The position numbers and the translations under genes were made by a program. Under the pieces are notes generated by a model. The model saw only the letters and a list, made by a program, of their open reading frames with translations, was not told the origin of the DNA and did no database searches. Of a stretch of DNA of 64,000 bases, positions 38,460-51,411 are shown piece by piece. Positions within the stretch are counted from its first letter, which is position 1; every line of letters begins with the position of its first letter. Source of the DNA: Candidatus Xenobia bacterium (GTDB taxonomy: Bacteria > Vulcanimicrobiota > Xenobia > Xenobiales > QWHO01); assembly GCA_045863235.1 (NCBI GenBank), contig BTUM01000010.1, positions 32,001 through 96,000 on the forward strand, in the 5' to 3' direction.

Positions 38460-39681
38460 GCTCTTGCTGCCACACGCGCGAGCGCCCGCGGGCATTGAAC
38501 TCGCGCTCGACCCGCTCACGGGCAGCCGCCCCCTGGCTGCGGCGCGTCTCGGCCTGGCGGGCGTAGCGGACGAGCTCGCGCCCCAGCGCGTTTACATCGG
38601 GAGGTCGACCGGGGACCAGGGTCCCGTGGATGCCGCCCTGGATCATCTCCCCCAGGCCCCCCACGTCGAAAGCCAGCACGGGTTTGCCCATTGCCATCGA
38701 CTCCAGCACGGCCCGCGGCAGGGGGTCCTCGTAAATGCTCGGCACGACGGCCACGTCGAAGTCGGCCACATAGGGCTTCACATCGCTTCGAGAGCCGATG
38801 AAGTGAAAGACCTCCCCGAGCCCCAGCTCCCCGACCAGCGCGCGGCACTGGGCCAGGTGGTCGGGTTGGACGTCGCCGGGGGTTTCGCCCAGAACGAAGA
38901 AGCGCACGTTCCCCCGCTCCTCGGTGGTCAACTCATCCAGCGCCAGACGGGCGGCCCTGATCATCTCGACATACCCCTTGCGCGGCAGGATCCGCCCCTG
39001 GCTGCCAAACACGATCGTGTCCCGGGAGAGGCCAAACTCGGCCCTCAGCCTCGGCTCGACCGCCGCGCTGGCGAACTCGTCCACGTCGATGGCGTCGTGC
39101 AGAACCCGCACTTTGTCCTGGCAATGGTCGAACAGGCGCGAGGTCGGCTCGGATACGCAGACGATGCGCCGCACCGACTTGCCGGCCGAGAGCCGCCGAT
39201 GCAGCCCGGTGATGACCTTTCCCACTTGGGTGTAGAACACGTGCCACAGGGTGGGGACCCCGGTCCAGGCGGCCAGCGCCCCTCCCGCGAAATTGGCCGT
39301 GGTCCCGTTGCAGAAGACGGCGTCAAATCGTCCCTGACGAACCCGCCGAGCCAGAGCCGCCGTCCCCGCAGCTCCTCGCAGGACGTTTCCGACCGCGCGC
39401 ACTCCCCGCATCATCAGAGGAGCCGCCAGGTCCTCGCGCTCGATGGCCCGGCTCCAGGGCTCGAAGGGGTTCTCGATGAGATTGGGCTCGAAGAAGACCT
39501 CCTCGGCCACCTGGCCGAGGAGCTCGCCGATGAGGCCGTTTCTGGGAAGTACAACAGTGCGGTGAATGAGGTCCGGGTCGAGGAACTTCAGAATATAGAA
39601 CAGGGTACGGCCTGGCCCCCCGTTCCGCCAGGTATCGTTGAGAAAAAGGACACGCAGCTTGCGATTCGGGGGATTGCTCAC
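38437..39681 (-). CDS. GT4 glycosyltransferase
   Basis: LRVLFLND..NGGP, GRILPRKG, FDVAVVPSIYEDPLPRAVLESMAMGKP. Confidence 0.88.
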   Translation of the reverse strand: MSNPPNRKLRVLFLNDTWRNGGPGRTLFYILKFLDPDLIHRTVVLPRNGLIGELLGQVAEEVFFEPNLIENPFEPWSRAIEREDLAAPLMMRGVRAVGNVLRGAAGTAALARRVRQGRFDAVFCNGTTANFAGGALAAWTGVPTLWHVFYTQVGKVITGLHRRLSAGKSVRRIVCVSEPTSRLFDHCQDKVRVLHDAIDVDEFASAAVEPRLRAEFGLSRDTIVFGSQGRILPRKGYVEMIRAARLALDELTTEERGNVRFFVLGETPGDVQPDHLAQCRALVGELGLGEVFHFIGSRSDVKPYVADFDVAVVPSIYEDPLPRAVLESMAMGKPVLAFDVGGLGEMIQGGIHGTLVPGRPPDVNALGRELVRYARQAETRRSQGAAARERVEREFNARGRSRVWQQELMELAGH

Positions 39682-39765
39682 TCGCCCGCCGACTTCAGAG
39701 GCCTGATCGAGAATCCTCCTGCTCAACTTCGTCGCAGAAAGGAGAGAACGCTTGTCATCGAGTAA

Positions 39766-41196
39766 GTGCCGAGCTCCATGATCGCCGCGAGGCTCGACTC
39801 CGGGCTGCGCAGGGTCGTCCCCTGGGCGGCCCTGGCGGCCCTGTTGCTCTGGTCTCCAAGCGCCCTCAGCCCCGACCATTCCTCCGACGACGCCGATCCC
39901 GAGGTGCTCAACCTGGCCTGGCGCCTGGCTCGGGGAGAGCCGCTCTATGGCGAGGTCGGCTCACCCCCCTGGGTCGTGAACCCCTACACCCCTCTCTACC
40001 TGTTCCTGGTGTCGCTGGGCCTGAAGCTTACCGGGCTCAGCTACCTTCCGGCCCGCTTCGTGTCGCTGGCGGCCACCCTGGCCGTGGTCATCGCCCTGGC
40101 CATGGTTTCGCGGCAGGTGACCGGGAGCATCCGGGCCGGGCTGTGGGCCGCGTGCCTCCTCACCCTGGTGCCTGCCGTCCTGCTCAATGAGGCCAGGCCC
40201 CACCCGCAGATGCTGGCCGTGGCGCTGTCGCTGTGGTCATTCGTGGCCTTCTCGAGCCGGCGAACTCTCCCGTCCGAGGTGGTCAGCCCCTGGCTGGCGG
40301 TGCTGGCGATCTACACCAAGCAGACCCAGGTCACCCTGCCGGTGGCCATGCTGATCTGGCTGGCCGGCCACGATCGCCGCCGGATGGGACGCTATGCTGG
40401 CTGGCTGGCGCTGTTCGGACTGCTTCCCCTGTTCGCCCTCCAGTCAGCCACCAATGGCCAGTTCCTCCACTCGATTCTGGCCATGAACCTGATCGGCTAC
40501 GAGCCCGGGCAGATCCTGCCGCTGCTGGTGGACCAGGCCGGAGCCCTCTTCCCCTTCATCGCTCTGGCCCTGGTCCGTCTGGGGCAGCGCTGGCAGAACG
40601 GACAGCTCGAGCCGGTGGACTTCTACTTCGGCGCCCTCACCCTCACCACCGTGGCCTCGCTCGGTCGGCCCGGGGCATACAGCCAGTACGTGGTCGAGTG
40701 GTTGTGGATCACCGCTCTCTACCTGCTCTGGACCGGGGGGCTGCGCTTCGGGTCGGGTCGAGAGGCCCTGGGAGCCCTGCAGCTGGCTCTGGTCATCTGT
40801 TACGGTCTGGGCTTCATGGTCTTCTACCTGGTGCCCCGAGAGCAGGCCAGCCTGAGGGCGGCCCGGCCGGTGCGCGAGTTGCTCATGACCGAGCCCGGGC
40901 CGATGATCTCCGAGCAGGGGAGCTTCTCGCTCTTCACCCGGGGCGAGATCCACCTCCAGCTCTTCCACTTCATCGCCCTGTCCCGCCGCGGCCTGTGGGA
41001 TCCAGCCCCCCTGTTCAGGGAAGTGGAGGAGCACCAACTGGCCTGGGTGGTGACCAAGTTCTCGCTGGAGGAGAGCGCCGGCGAGGGTGACGATCAGGCT
41101 CGCTTCCCCCCCGAGCTCGTGCAAGCCCTGCGGCGCAACTACGTCCGCCGGGCCCAGATCGGCCCGTATTTCCTCTATCGCCCCCGGACGCCCTGA
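39766..41196 (+). CDS. GT-C fold membrane glycosyltransferase (ArnT/PMT-like)
   Basis: G.PLY, NPYTPLY, ARFVS, ARP, IYTKQT; multiple TM helices. Confidence 0.72.
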   Translation: MPSSMIAARLDSGLRRVVPWAALAALLLWSPSALSPDHSSDDADPEVLNLAWRLARGEPLYGEVGSPPWVVNPYTPLYLFLVSLGLKLTGLSYLPARFVSLAATLAVVIALAMVSRQVTGSIRAGLWAACLLTLVPAVLLNEARPHPQMLAVALSLWSFVAFSSRRTLPSEVVSPWLAVLAIYTKQTQVTLPVAMLIWLAGHDRRRMGRYAGWLALFGLLPLFALQSATNGQFLHSILAMNLIGYEPGQILPLLVDQAGALFPFIALALVRLGQRWQNGQLEPVDFYFGALTLTTVASLGRPGAYSQYVVEWLWITALYLLWTGGLRFGSGREALGALQLALVICYGLGFMVFYLVPREQASLRAARPVRELLMTEPGPMISEQGSFSLFTRGEIHLQLFHFIALSRRGLWDPAPLFREVEEHQLAWVVTKFSLEESAGEGDDQARFPPELVQALRRNYVRRAQIGPYFLYRPRTP

Positions 41197-42644
41197 CGTT
41201 CCAGCACGACCATCGTGGGGTCATAGACCCGGGTCCAATCGAGGGGGACGTAGCGGCTGGCCATCACGGCCTGCAACTCGACCTGCTGCGCAGGCCCTAC
41301 CGCCATGGGCAAGGTCGAGTCGATCAAGCGAGGAGCCATGGACTTCAGATCCTCGAGGTAATTGCAGGGAGGAAGGCCGTAGCGCTCGCGCACCAGGGCC
41401 ACCCCCTCGGCCATGCGATTGGGCGAGTCGAACAGCCAGGGCCCGTAGTAGGAGGCGTCCCGGACCACGATGGGGTGCAGGGGATAGGCGAGCAAGACCG
41501 TGTCGGAGGAAGCCATGCCCTCCATCAGGGCGCGACGAAAACGCACGTCCGAAACGATCGTCCCACGCTCGAGGCAGCTTGCGATCTCCACCACCACGGC
41601 CACGGCCAGCACGGCAGGAACGAGGCTGGCCAACCTCTCGCTCACTCTGCAGGCATCCCAATCGGCGCGGCTGGCCAGAACCAGCAAACTCATGGCCATG
41701 GACAGGTAGCTCACGATGAAATTCTGCATGTAGACATGGGGCCAGCAGCTCACCAATCCAGCGACCACTGTGAAGGCGAGGTAACCCAGATGGATCCAGA
41801 ACTTGCTGCGAAGAAGCGGCGAAGTGACGCGAGCCACGCAAATCCAGAGGCCCGTCTGCAACAGCGCCATCTTGATCCAGGGGAGACGGGCCAGACTCGG
41901 CCCCGGATCAAAGCTCCCCACCTTCTGGAGCAAGGCCGAGTAGGAGATGGCGAAGGAGAGATAACCCGGCGAGATCCCTGACAAGAGAAGGTAGAGGAGC
42001 GCCGTGCCCCCGGCCCCTCCCAGCCAGACAAGCACCTGGCGCGCATGGATTCTTCGCTCGCTCAGCACGATGAGCCAGCCCGACAGGATGACCACCCGGG
42101 GAGTGAAGAGGAAGGCCAGGCTGAACAGCGCGCCGCTGGCCAGGCACCAACGCGCGTCAGCTCTTTGATCGCCCCATCTCCAGGCCACACAGGAGAGGAC
42201 CCAGGCGGCCGCGGCCAGGCTCTCGGGGCGAAGCTGAACGGCATAGGTCTCCATCAGACACCACCCGACGAAAGAGGTGGTCGCCACAGCCGTCGCGTAC
42301 TCGGCATTCACGGGCCGGGTGGCCAGCGAGCGGGCCAGTGCCCAGAATCCGAGCACCAGAGTCAGCATGCTGAGCACCACCAGGAGGTGACCGAAGTAGA
42401 GAACCTCGGGGCCGTCCAGGCCGACCAGGAAGTAGATCTTGAGAACGTCCCAAAGCAAAGGCATGTGGTGTTGGAAGAAATCGACCAGCGGCCGCTGGCC
42501 AAGCTCTCCCATGAGCCAGGCGATGTGGGCGTGCTCGTTCTCATCGCAATTTCCGCGCTGCACGAACAGGAGAGCCAGCCACAACGCGACCATGATCGCG
42601 AAAAAGCCTCGCAGAGGCTTGATCTTGTCGAGAACTACAATCAC
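41175..42644 (-). CDS. GT-C-like integral membrane protein
   Basis: DENEHAHIAW...DFFQHH.PL after TM1, LRPE, multiple TM helices. Confidence 0.65.
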   Translation of the reverse strand: MIVVLDKIKPLRGFFAIMVALWLALLFVQRGNCDENEHAHIAWLMGELGQRPLVDFFQHHMPLLWDVLKIYFLVGLDGPEVLYFGHLLVVLSMLTLVLGFWALARSLATRPVNAEYATAVATTSFVGWCLMETYAVQLRPESLAAAAWVLSCVAWRWGDQRADARWCLASGALFSLAFLFTPRVVILSGWLIVLSERRIHARQVLVWLGGAGGTALLYLLLSGISPGYLSFAISYSALLQKVGSFDPGPSLARLPWIKMALLQTGLWICVARVTSPLLRSKFWIHLGYLAFTVVAGLVSCWPHVYMQNFIVSYLSMAMSLLVLASRADWDACRVSERLASLVPAVLAVAVVVEIASCLERGTIVSDVRFRRALMEGMASSDTVLLAYPLHPIVVRDASYYGPWLFDSPNRMAEGVALVRERYGLPPCNYLEDLKSMAPRLIDSTLPMAVGPAQQVELQAVMASRYVPLDWTRVYDPTMVVLERQGVRGR

Positions 42645-42793
42645 ACGCAGACGCTCACAGAGGAAGGGCGGTTTGTTCGCGAGGTGCCCGATTTCCCTTT
42701 TCGGGAAGGGAATTTCCCGAGGCCGTATCGATATAGCCGGGTGAAGCTCCCACATTTTCAGGAGGCGGGTCTGACTCCTTGAGTCCGAGCGCG

Positions 42794-44245
<1,452 letters not shown>

Positions 44246-44331
44246 GAGCCAGTTTCCGGTGTTGATGCGACCAGGTTCAACGCTGGCCATCAGTTGGGGG
44301 GAGCCGGGAGGGTGTTGTCAAATCCTCGACC

Positions 44332-45339
44332 ATGCCTGCTGCGGTTGTCTGCGCCCTCCTCTGGCTGATGCTGATTTGCCCGGCCCCGGCCCAGGGCTCG
44401 CTACCCGATCCGGCCTGCCTGGGTCAAGCAAGCAGCGTTTCGATCACGGTCGTTCGCGCCCGACCGGGCGACCCGGGTTTCCGACAGCTGTTTCGAACCG
44501 CCCTGGCCGGCGCGCGCTCGCAGCAGGGGGAACACTCGATGGCCTCGGCGTTGAGCGGAATTCTCAGTCAGGAAAGCCAGTTGTCCATGGTCCAGGCGGC
44601 TCTGCCCCTGCAATTCGTGCGCGTGGAGCAAGCGGGCGAGGACCGGCTGCGCGCCACCAGCGCCATCACGGTCACGGGTTGGCGTGGTTTGCAGGGCGTG
44701 GTCTACAACACCCTGGTGACACCTCCTGACGGGGGGAAGCCCGAAGTGCGACGCCACCGTGGCGAGGAGATCGTGCTGCGTCCCGGCTGGCGCGACTCCC
44801 GGGGCCCGCGGGTGGTGGCCCGGGTGCGGGGAACCTTTCTCAACTGCAGCACTCCCGACCTTGCCCGCCAGGCCATCGATGGGTTGCTCAACCCCTCCGC
44901 CAAACGGCCCCAGGGGCCTCTCTGGGATGCCTATGCGCGCCTGAACCCGAACCGGGACGTCTACGGAGCTCTGCTCAACCGCAATGGCTCCCTGGGCCAG
45001 ATGCTGAGCTGGGCCTGCGGCGACGAGCTCGAGCCGGTCCGCCGCAAGGTGGGGGTCGAGCAGTTCGAGCGCGTGACCAGCTCCGTCACGACGGTAGCCT
45101 GGGAAGGGGAAGTGGTCTCCGACGATCGCATCGACCTCGACTTGAGCTTCACCACCGCCCACCCCGGCCAGGTGGCAGAGCTCAGCCAGGTCTGGGAGGA
45201 GATCTGTCAGGTGCTCAAAGGCAAGGGTCGTCTGGGAGAGTACAAGCTGGTCAGGACCGCTTCGGGTGCTCAGGTGCATCTCTCGCTCGTCGGCTTCCGC
45301 GAGGCGGTCGGTGGTTTTCTGGGGACGCTCAAGCTCTAA
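44332..45339 (+). CDS. secreted hypothetical protein
   Basis: Signal peptide (…PAPAQ), 335-aa frame with host-like codon bias. Confidence 0.6.
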   Translation: MPAAVVCALLWLMLICPAPAQGSLPDPACLGQASSVSITVVRARPGDPGFRQLFRTALAGARSQQGEHSMASALSGILSQESQLSMVQAALPLQFVRVEQAGEDRLRATSAITVTGWRGLQGVVYNTLVTPPDGGKPEVRRHRGEEIVLRPGWRDSRGPRVVARVRGTFLNCSTPDLARQAIDGLLNPSAKRPQGPLWDAYARLNPNRDVYGALLNRNGSLGQMLSWACGDELEPVRRKVGVEQFERVTSSVTTVAWEGEVVSDDRIDLDLSFTTAHPGQVAELSQVWEEICQVLKGKGRLGEYKLVRTASGAQVHLSLVGFREAVGGFLGTLKL

Positions 45340-45461
45340 CACGATGAGCCTCCAGGTTCGGTCACACCACCCGACCTGCCCGGGCACGCCACCTGGTCAG
45401 GTAGGATGGCTCCGTAAACCAGTGCGGGTTTTTCTGCGGACTCTGCCTTGACGCATCTGAG

Positions 45462-45490
45462 TTGACTAACTTTTTGAGTCAAGTTAGAAT
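45462..45490 (+). promoter_or_regulatory. TA promoter with overlapping palindromic operators
   Basis: TTGACT-17-TAGAAT; inverted repeats TTGACT/AGTCAA and CTAACTT/AAGTTAG; ATG 6 nt after the -10 box. Confidence 0.75.
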
Positions 45491-45496
45491 CCGACC

Positions 45497-45727
45497 ATGA
45501 AGCAGGTCACGATTCACGAGGCGAAGACCCATTTGTCCCGCCTGATCCAGGAAGCTATCAAGGGCGAGCAGATCATCATCGCCAGGGGGTCAACACCACT
45601 GGTGGAGTTGCGGGTCCTGCCGAGCGCTCGCACCAAGCGCACTCCGGGAGTTTTTGCCGGCCTGGACTACTGGATGTCAGAAGACTTCGGCGAGCCTCTC
45701 GAGGACTTCAAGGACTATATGCAGTGA
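45497..45727 (+). CDS. Phd/YefM family antitoxin
   Basis: VTIHEAKTHLSRLI..A..GE.IIIAR; C-terminal EDFGEPLEDF. Confidence 0.9.
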   Translation: MKQVTIHEAKTHLSRLIQEAIKGEQIIIARGSTPLVELRVLPSARTKRTPGVFAGLDYWMSEDFGEPLEDFKDYMQ

Positions 45728-46107
45728 AGGTACTGGTGGATACCCACGTCTGGCTCTGGTGGCTGTTCGATCCGGGCAAGCTTTCGAAATCCTGCCGGAG
45801 AATCTTGAGCGACGATGCCACCGACGCTTTCTTCAGCGCGGCCTCGGGCTGGGAACTGGCCATCAAGACTCAACTGGGCAAGCTCTCCTTGCCGAAACCT
45901 TTGGCGGACGTCTACCGAGAGCTCGACGCTCAAAACGTGATCTGGCTGGAGATTGCCCGTTCCCATTGCCTTCGCCTCGAAATGCTACCGCTCCACCACC
46001 GGGACCCGTTCGATCGGATGCTGGCCGCCCAGGCTGCAGAGCTAAGACTACCGGTACTCTCCATCGACCCGTGGTTCGAGCCTTATGGCCTGCAGCGCAT
46101 CTGGTAA
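45724..46107 (+). CDS. vapC: PIN-domain VapC toxin
   Basis: LVDTHVWLW, SAASGWELAIK..LGKL, LPLHHRDPFDRMLAAQA, LSID. Confidence 0.9.
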   Translation: MKVLVDTHVWLWWLFDPGKLSKSCRRILSDDATDAFFSAASGWELAIKTQLGKLSLPKPLADVYRELDAQNVIWLEIARSHCLRLEMLPLHHRDPFDRMLAAQAAELRLPVLSIDPWFEPYGLQRIW

Positions 46108-46700
46108 AGCGTTGCCCACGACCTTCTTGCCCTCCGGCGAGAGGCAGCACGGCTGCTTTGTTTGACCGGGCCTGAGTCAGGATTTGCCGAACAGGAAGTT
46201 GCCTTCTCCCATCTGGCAGAAATACATCATCGTGTATTACGACAGTGCGACTCGCCAGGTGCTCACCACCGAGGTGCCCTTGGCACCCCGACGGTGACTC
46301 CCATTCCCCTGGTCGGACTGGCTGGCTTTCGAACCGGGGGCAGGCTCCTGGCTAAGAATGTCACCCGCTGCAACTTCTCTCTGAGCGAGGACATGCTCTC
46401 ACTCGATCTCGAGTTGCAGCGAAAGCGATATGGGTCCGAGAAAGAGAGGTCGTGGAGCTGCCTGCCCGCGCCTTTCTCAGGAACTGACGTCCAACGGTCG
46501 GTCCCCTGCGGCGGGTGGTGCTCGTGCGGCCTCTTACTGAAGAAGGGCCACACGCCCGTCTTTGAGAGTATCAGACAAGCGTATCCGATCGTATTCGTGC
46601 CCTTGCTGCCGTAGCGACAGCGCGGGGGGAGTGGTGCTGATTCAGGCCGCCCTTTTCGCTATTGCGCAGCGCGCATTTCCTGCGGACAAAGTTGTGACCC

Positions 46701-48092
46701 TCAAGGACGAGCCCGCAGCGCGGTACCCTCGGCGATCTGGTCTCCCCCCTCCAGCACGACCTCGTCACCAGCCTCCAGGCCGCTCTTGACCTCCACCTGA
46801 TCGGTGGTGGCCTGTCCCAGCTCGACCTTGAGGCGGGCCGCCTTCCCAGCGCGCACCGCGGTGACATAGTCGGCCCCCTGATCGTGGTAGATGGCCGAGC
46901 CCGGCAAGAGGAGCGCATCCTTCGCCAGGCTCTTGCTTCCTTCTACGACGGCTTCCAGGCCATCGCGCAGGGTCGGGTGGGGCGGATCGAGCCGGACGGC
47001 GATGCGCAGCACCTTGGACCCCCCCGGGCCACGCTCCCGCGGCTCCAGGGCGGTGGCCACCCGAAACACGCTTCCCGTGAAGCGTTGCCCGGGCAGCGAG
47101 CTGAACGTCACCTCGACCGGCATGTCCAGGGCCACCCGGGCCGCATCCTGCTCGTCCACCTCGGCCTCCACGTTGACGTCCTGGGAGGTAATCAGGGTCA
47201 GGATGGGCTGCTGCCAGTCCACCACCTCCCCGGGCTCGAACAGGAGCTGGAAGACGACCCCGTCCCGAGGGGCCCTGACCGTGTACCGATCGAGGCGAGC
47301 CAGCGCCGAGCGGAGGCTTCCCTCCAGGCGACGAGTCTCCTGACGGGCCGCGCGCAAGCGATCCTCGAACACGCTCAACTCCGCCCCCAGGCCGCTCTGA
47401 GCCGCCGACAGGGCGGCTCGGGCCTGGGAGAGCTCGGCCCGCTGCACCTCCAGGTCGGCCTCGCGCGGTTGCAAGAGCCGCAGCTCGGCCTGGCTCTGCT
47501 TGAGGGCTGCTCGGGCTGTCTTGACCTGGGTCTCGGCCAGCTCGAGTTGCGAGGTGGACAGGACATCCTGCTGAAACAGCTTGCGGCTGCGGGCGAGATC
47601 GGCTGTCGCTTGCTGCAGCCGGGCCTCGGCCGCCTCCACCCCGGCGCGGGCGGCCGCGAGATCCTCAGCGCGGGGGCGCGCGGCCTGAGCCAGGCGTGCC
47701 TCGGCCGCCTGGTTCCCGGCCCGGGCCTGCGACAGCTCACCCTCCAGCTGGCTCTGCTTCAGAGCCAGCGAGTGCAGCGCTTCGGTTTCGCGGCTGCGCG
47801 CACCCTCGAGCTCGGCCTGGACGGCCTCCACCTCGGCCCGGGCCTCCCGGCTCTCCAGACGAGCCAGGACCTGACCCTGGCGAACCTTTTCGTTCTCCTT
47901 CACGGCCACGCGCTCGAGCCGGCCGGAGACACCCGAGGCCACTCTCACCAGCGGCGACGTCACCCGCCCGGTGGCCGCAAAACGGGCCTCCAGGTGACCC
48001 CGCTCGGGTTTGATGACGCGCACCTCGGCCGCAGGCTCGCCCGGGCAGCCGGTCAGAATCAGGGCCACGAGCAGTGCCAGAAAGTGCCTCAC
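46701..48092 (-). CDS. efflux membrane fusion protein (HlyD/MacA family), lipoprotein
   Basis: Lipobox LTGC, SGRLERVAVKENEKV..GQVLARL, long coiled coil, VRAP.DGVV, VDEQD; GTG start overlaps the TolC stop. Confidence 0.88.
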   Translation of the reverse strand: MRHFLALLVALILTGCPGEPAAEVRVIKPERGHLEARFAATGRVTSPLVRVASGVSGRLERVAVKENEKVRQGQVLARLESREARAEVEAVQAELEGARSRETEALHSLALKQSQLEGELSQARAGNQAAEARLAQAARPRAEDLAAARAGVEAAEARLQQATADLARSRKLFQQDVLSTSQLELAETQVKTARAALKQSQAELRLLQPREADLEVQRAELSQARAALSAAQSGLGAELSVFEDRLRAARQETRRLEGSLRSALARLDRYTVRAPRDGVVFQLLFEPGEVVDWQQPILTLITSQDVNVEAEVDEQDAARVALDMPVEVTFSSLPGQRFTGSVFRVATALEPRERGPGGSKVLRIAVRLDPPHPTLRDGLEAVVEGSKSLAKDALLLPGSAIYHDQGADYVTAVRAGKAARLKVELGQATTDQVEVKSGLEAGDEVVLEGGDQIAEGTALRARP

Positions 48093-49401
48093 GCGGTCAG
48101 GCCCTTTCTCGACCCCGAGGAGCCGTCCTTCCGGGGCTGAAGCGGCAGGGGCGAGCGACCCAGCGCCCAGTCGAGCCGAGCTCGGGCCTCCACGACCTGG
48201 TAGAAGATCGCCACCTGTTCCAACCGGGCTCGGTCCAGGTCGAGCTGGGCATCTCGAACCACGTGAAAGGGCACGAACCCGGCTTCGTACTGGGCGGTCG
48301 CCACCCGCAGAGCCTCCCGAGCCCGGCTCACCCGCACCTGGGACGTCGACTCGGAGCGGCGGGCGAGCTCCACCCCTCGATAGGCCTGGCGGACCTCCTG
48401 CTCGACCTGGCGCACGGCCTCGTCGAGTCGGGCCGACGCCAGGTCGCGGGTGGCTTGCGCCTGAGCCACCAGGTGCCTGGTGCGGTTGCCGTCCAGGAAA
48501 GGCCAGCTCAGCGTCAATCCGGCCCGTAGCCCGACCCCGTCGACCACGTTCTCGGTAGTGCTCTCGATAGCCCCTCCCAGCAGGGCCTGAAGCTCGGGGT
48601 TGTTCTCCTTGCCGGCCGCCTCCACTCCCTTCTCGGCGGCCGCCAGCTCGAGCCTGGCCGCTTTGAGCCAGGGCCGCTCGAGGCTTGCCTCGGCCAGCGC
48701 CTCCTCGAGCGACTGGGTCAGCGGCTCGGGCGCGGGCGGCTCGACCAGCTCCAGGGACGAATCCAGCGGCAGCCCGATCAACCGGCTCAAAGCCTCCTCC
48801 GAGTCCTGGACCCGAAAGCGCATCCGGGTGAGCTCCAGCTCCCGCTCGGAGACCGGCAGCTCGGCGGTGAGCAGATCGCCGCGCGGGGCCTGACCGGCCT
48901 GAAAGCGAGCCTGCGCCAGGCTCTGGTGACGTCGAGCCGACTCCAAGGACTCGTGGGCAACCTTCAAACGCGCATGGGCTGCCAGCGACTCCAGGTAGGC
49001 CAGCCGCACCTCCAGGCAAACCCTGTGCTCTTCGTTCACCGCTTCCTGGGCGGCCCGAGAAGCCTGGGTCCGGGCCTGCTCAAAGCGGGCCAGAACCCGG
49101 CCCCCGTCCATCAGGAGCTGACGGAACTCGAGGCGAGCCGGAGAAAGCGCGTAGTCGGTGTTGAAGTTGCTCTGAAAGATGGCCGGTGGGGGGGCCAGGG
49201 CGTAGAGAGCTCCCATCGGGCGACCCGGGGCCGCCACCACCTCGGCCTCCTCCTCGCGCACGCGCACCATCGCCAGAGCCGCCGCAATGCGAGGATTCTT
49301 GACCAGGGCCAGTTGAACCGCCTCGTCCAGGGTGACCTTCAGCCGTTCGGACTGGGCCTGTGCCAGGACGCACAGGCAAAGTCCCCAGAGAATCAGCCGC
49401 T

Positions 49402-49408
<7 letters not shown>
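48089..49408 (-). CDS. TolC family outer membrane efflux protein
   Basis: Signal peptide, TLDEAVQLALVKNP, ARFQAG, WPFLDG, QYEAG repeats. Confidence 0.85.
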
Positions 49409-50103
<695 letters not shown>

Positions 50104-50187
50104 GGTGGGGGGGCTTTCACCGTGGAAGAGCACTCGCCTTCTCTATCTGATGCAGGGATGCGGGAAGAGCCGTTGTATCTGCCTCTC

Positions 50188-51411
50188 GTGACTGGCCTGA
50201 ACCAAGTCCAGCGCGTGGCCGTGACCGGCGTGGGAGTGTTGTCAGCCCTGGGGCCCACGCGCAGGGAGTTCTGGCAGGCCCTGACCGAGGGACGCGACGG
50301 AATCAGAGAGCTCGTAGGCCCCCGGCTGGATGGTCTGCGAATAAGGACCGGGGCTCAGCTGCTCGACTACCGGGCCAGCGATCACTTCGAGCAGCGCCCG
50401 GCGGACATGCTCGACCCCTTTGCCCAGTACTTCGTGGTCGCCGGGCGTGAGGCCGTGCTCGATGCAGGCTTTGAGCCCGACCGACCCGACCGGGTGGCCA
50501 TCGTTTCGGGCTCGGCCGGCGGCGGCCAGGTCACCCTGGACGAGCAGTACCATCGTCTGTATGGGGAAAGTCGCAAGGTTCTTCCCGCCACCATTCCCCG
50601 ATTCATGACCAACGCGGGGGCCAGCGCCCTCTCGCAGGAGCTCGGATGGACAGGGCCCAGCTTCACCCTGTCCACCGCCTGCTCTTCGAGCGCTCACGCC
50701 CTGGGTCACGCTTTCTGGATGGTGCGCCACGGCCTGATCGACGCGGCCCTGGCCGGGGGCAGCGAAGCTCCTTTCTGCAATGGCTACCTGCGCGCCTGGG
50801 AATCCATTCGGGCGATGGACCCGGTGCGTTGCCGCCCCTTCTCCAAAGACCGGCAGGGCCTGACCCTGGGCGAAGGGGCCGGCGCGTTGCTGCTCGAGCC
50901 CCTCACCCGGGCCCGAGAGCGAGGGGCCAGGGTTTACGGCGAAGTCGTGGGCTTCGGGATGTCCAGCGATGCGCACGACCTGACCCGACCCCTCCCCGAG
51001 GGCGGGGCGTCGGCCATGCAGGCGGCTTTGCTCGACGCCGCCATGAGGCCCGACGAGGTCGACTATGTCAACGCGCACGGCACCGGCACCATGGCCAACG
51101 ACGCGACCGAGACCCGGGCCATCCGACTGGTCTTTGGGCCCCACGCTGACCGGCTGCTGGTCAGCTCCACCAAGTCAGCCCACGGTCATGCCCTTGGGGC
51201 CGCCGGGGCCCTGGAGGCAGCGGCCAGCCTGTTCGCCCTCCAGGAGGGACTGGCCCCGGCGACCCTGGGATACAACGAACCCGACCCGGAGTGCGACCTC
51301 GACTATGTGCACGAGGGTCCTCGCAAGGCCGACCTGAGGGTGGCCCTGTCGAACTCGTTCGCCTTCGGCGGACTGAATGCGGTCCTGGTCTTCCGACGAA
51401 TCCCTGACTGA
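50188..51411 (+). CDS. beta-ketoacyl-ACP synthase II (FabF/NodE-like)
   Basis: RVAVTGVG, STACSSSAHA, CRPFS.DR.G..LGEGAG, NAHGTGT.AND, TKSAHGH, SNSFAFGG. Confidence 0.9.
   Translation: MTGLNQVQRVAVTGVGVLSALGPTRREFWQALTEGRDGIRELVGPRLDGLRIRTGAQLLDYRASDHFEQRPADMLDPFAQYFVVAGREAVLDAGFEPDRPDRVAIVSGSAGGGQVTLDEQYHRLYGESRKVLPATIPRFMTNAGASALSQELGWTGPSFTLSTACSSSAHALGHAFWMVRHGLIDAALAGGSEAPFCNGYLRAWESIRAMDPVRCRPFSKDRQGLTLGEGAGALLLEPLTRARERGARVYGEVVGFGMSSDAHDLTRPLPEGGASAMQAALLDAAMRPDEVDYVNAHGTGTMANDATETRAIRLVFGPHADRLLVSSTKSAHGHALGAAGALEAAASLFALQEGLAPATLGYNEPDPECDLDYVHEGPRKADLRVALSNSFAFGGLNAVLVFRRIPD

Noticed and set aside
46108..46700. Short ORFs 46162-46614 (+), 46263-46553 (-), 46562-46789 (+)
   Set aside because: Poor codon bias, mutually overlapping, no recognisable motifs; probably degenerate DNA, though MWPFFSK… could be a decayed gene start.
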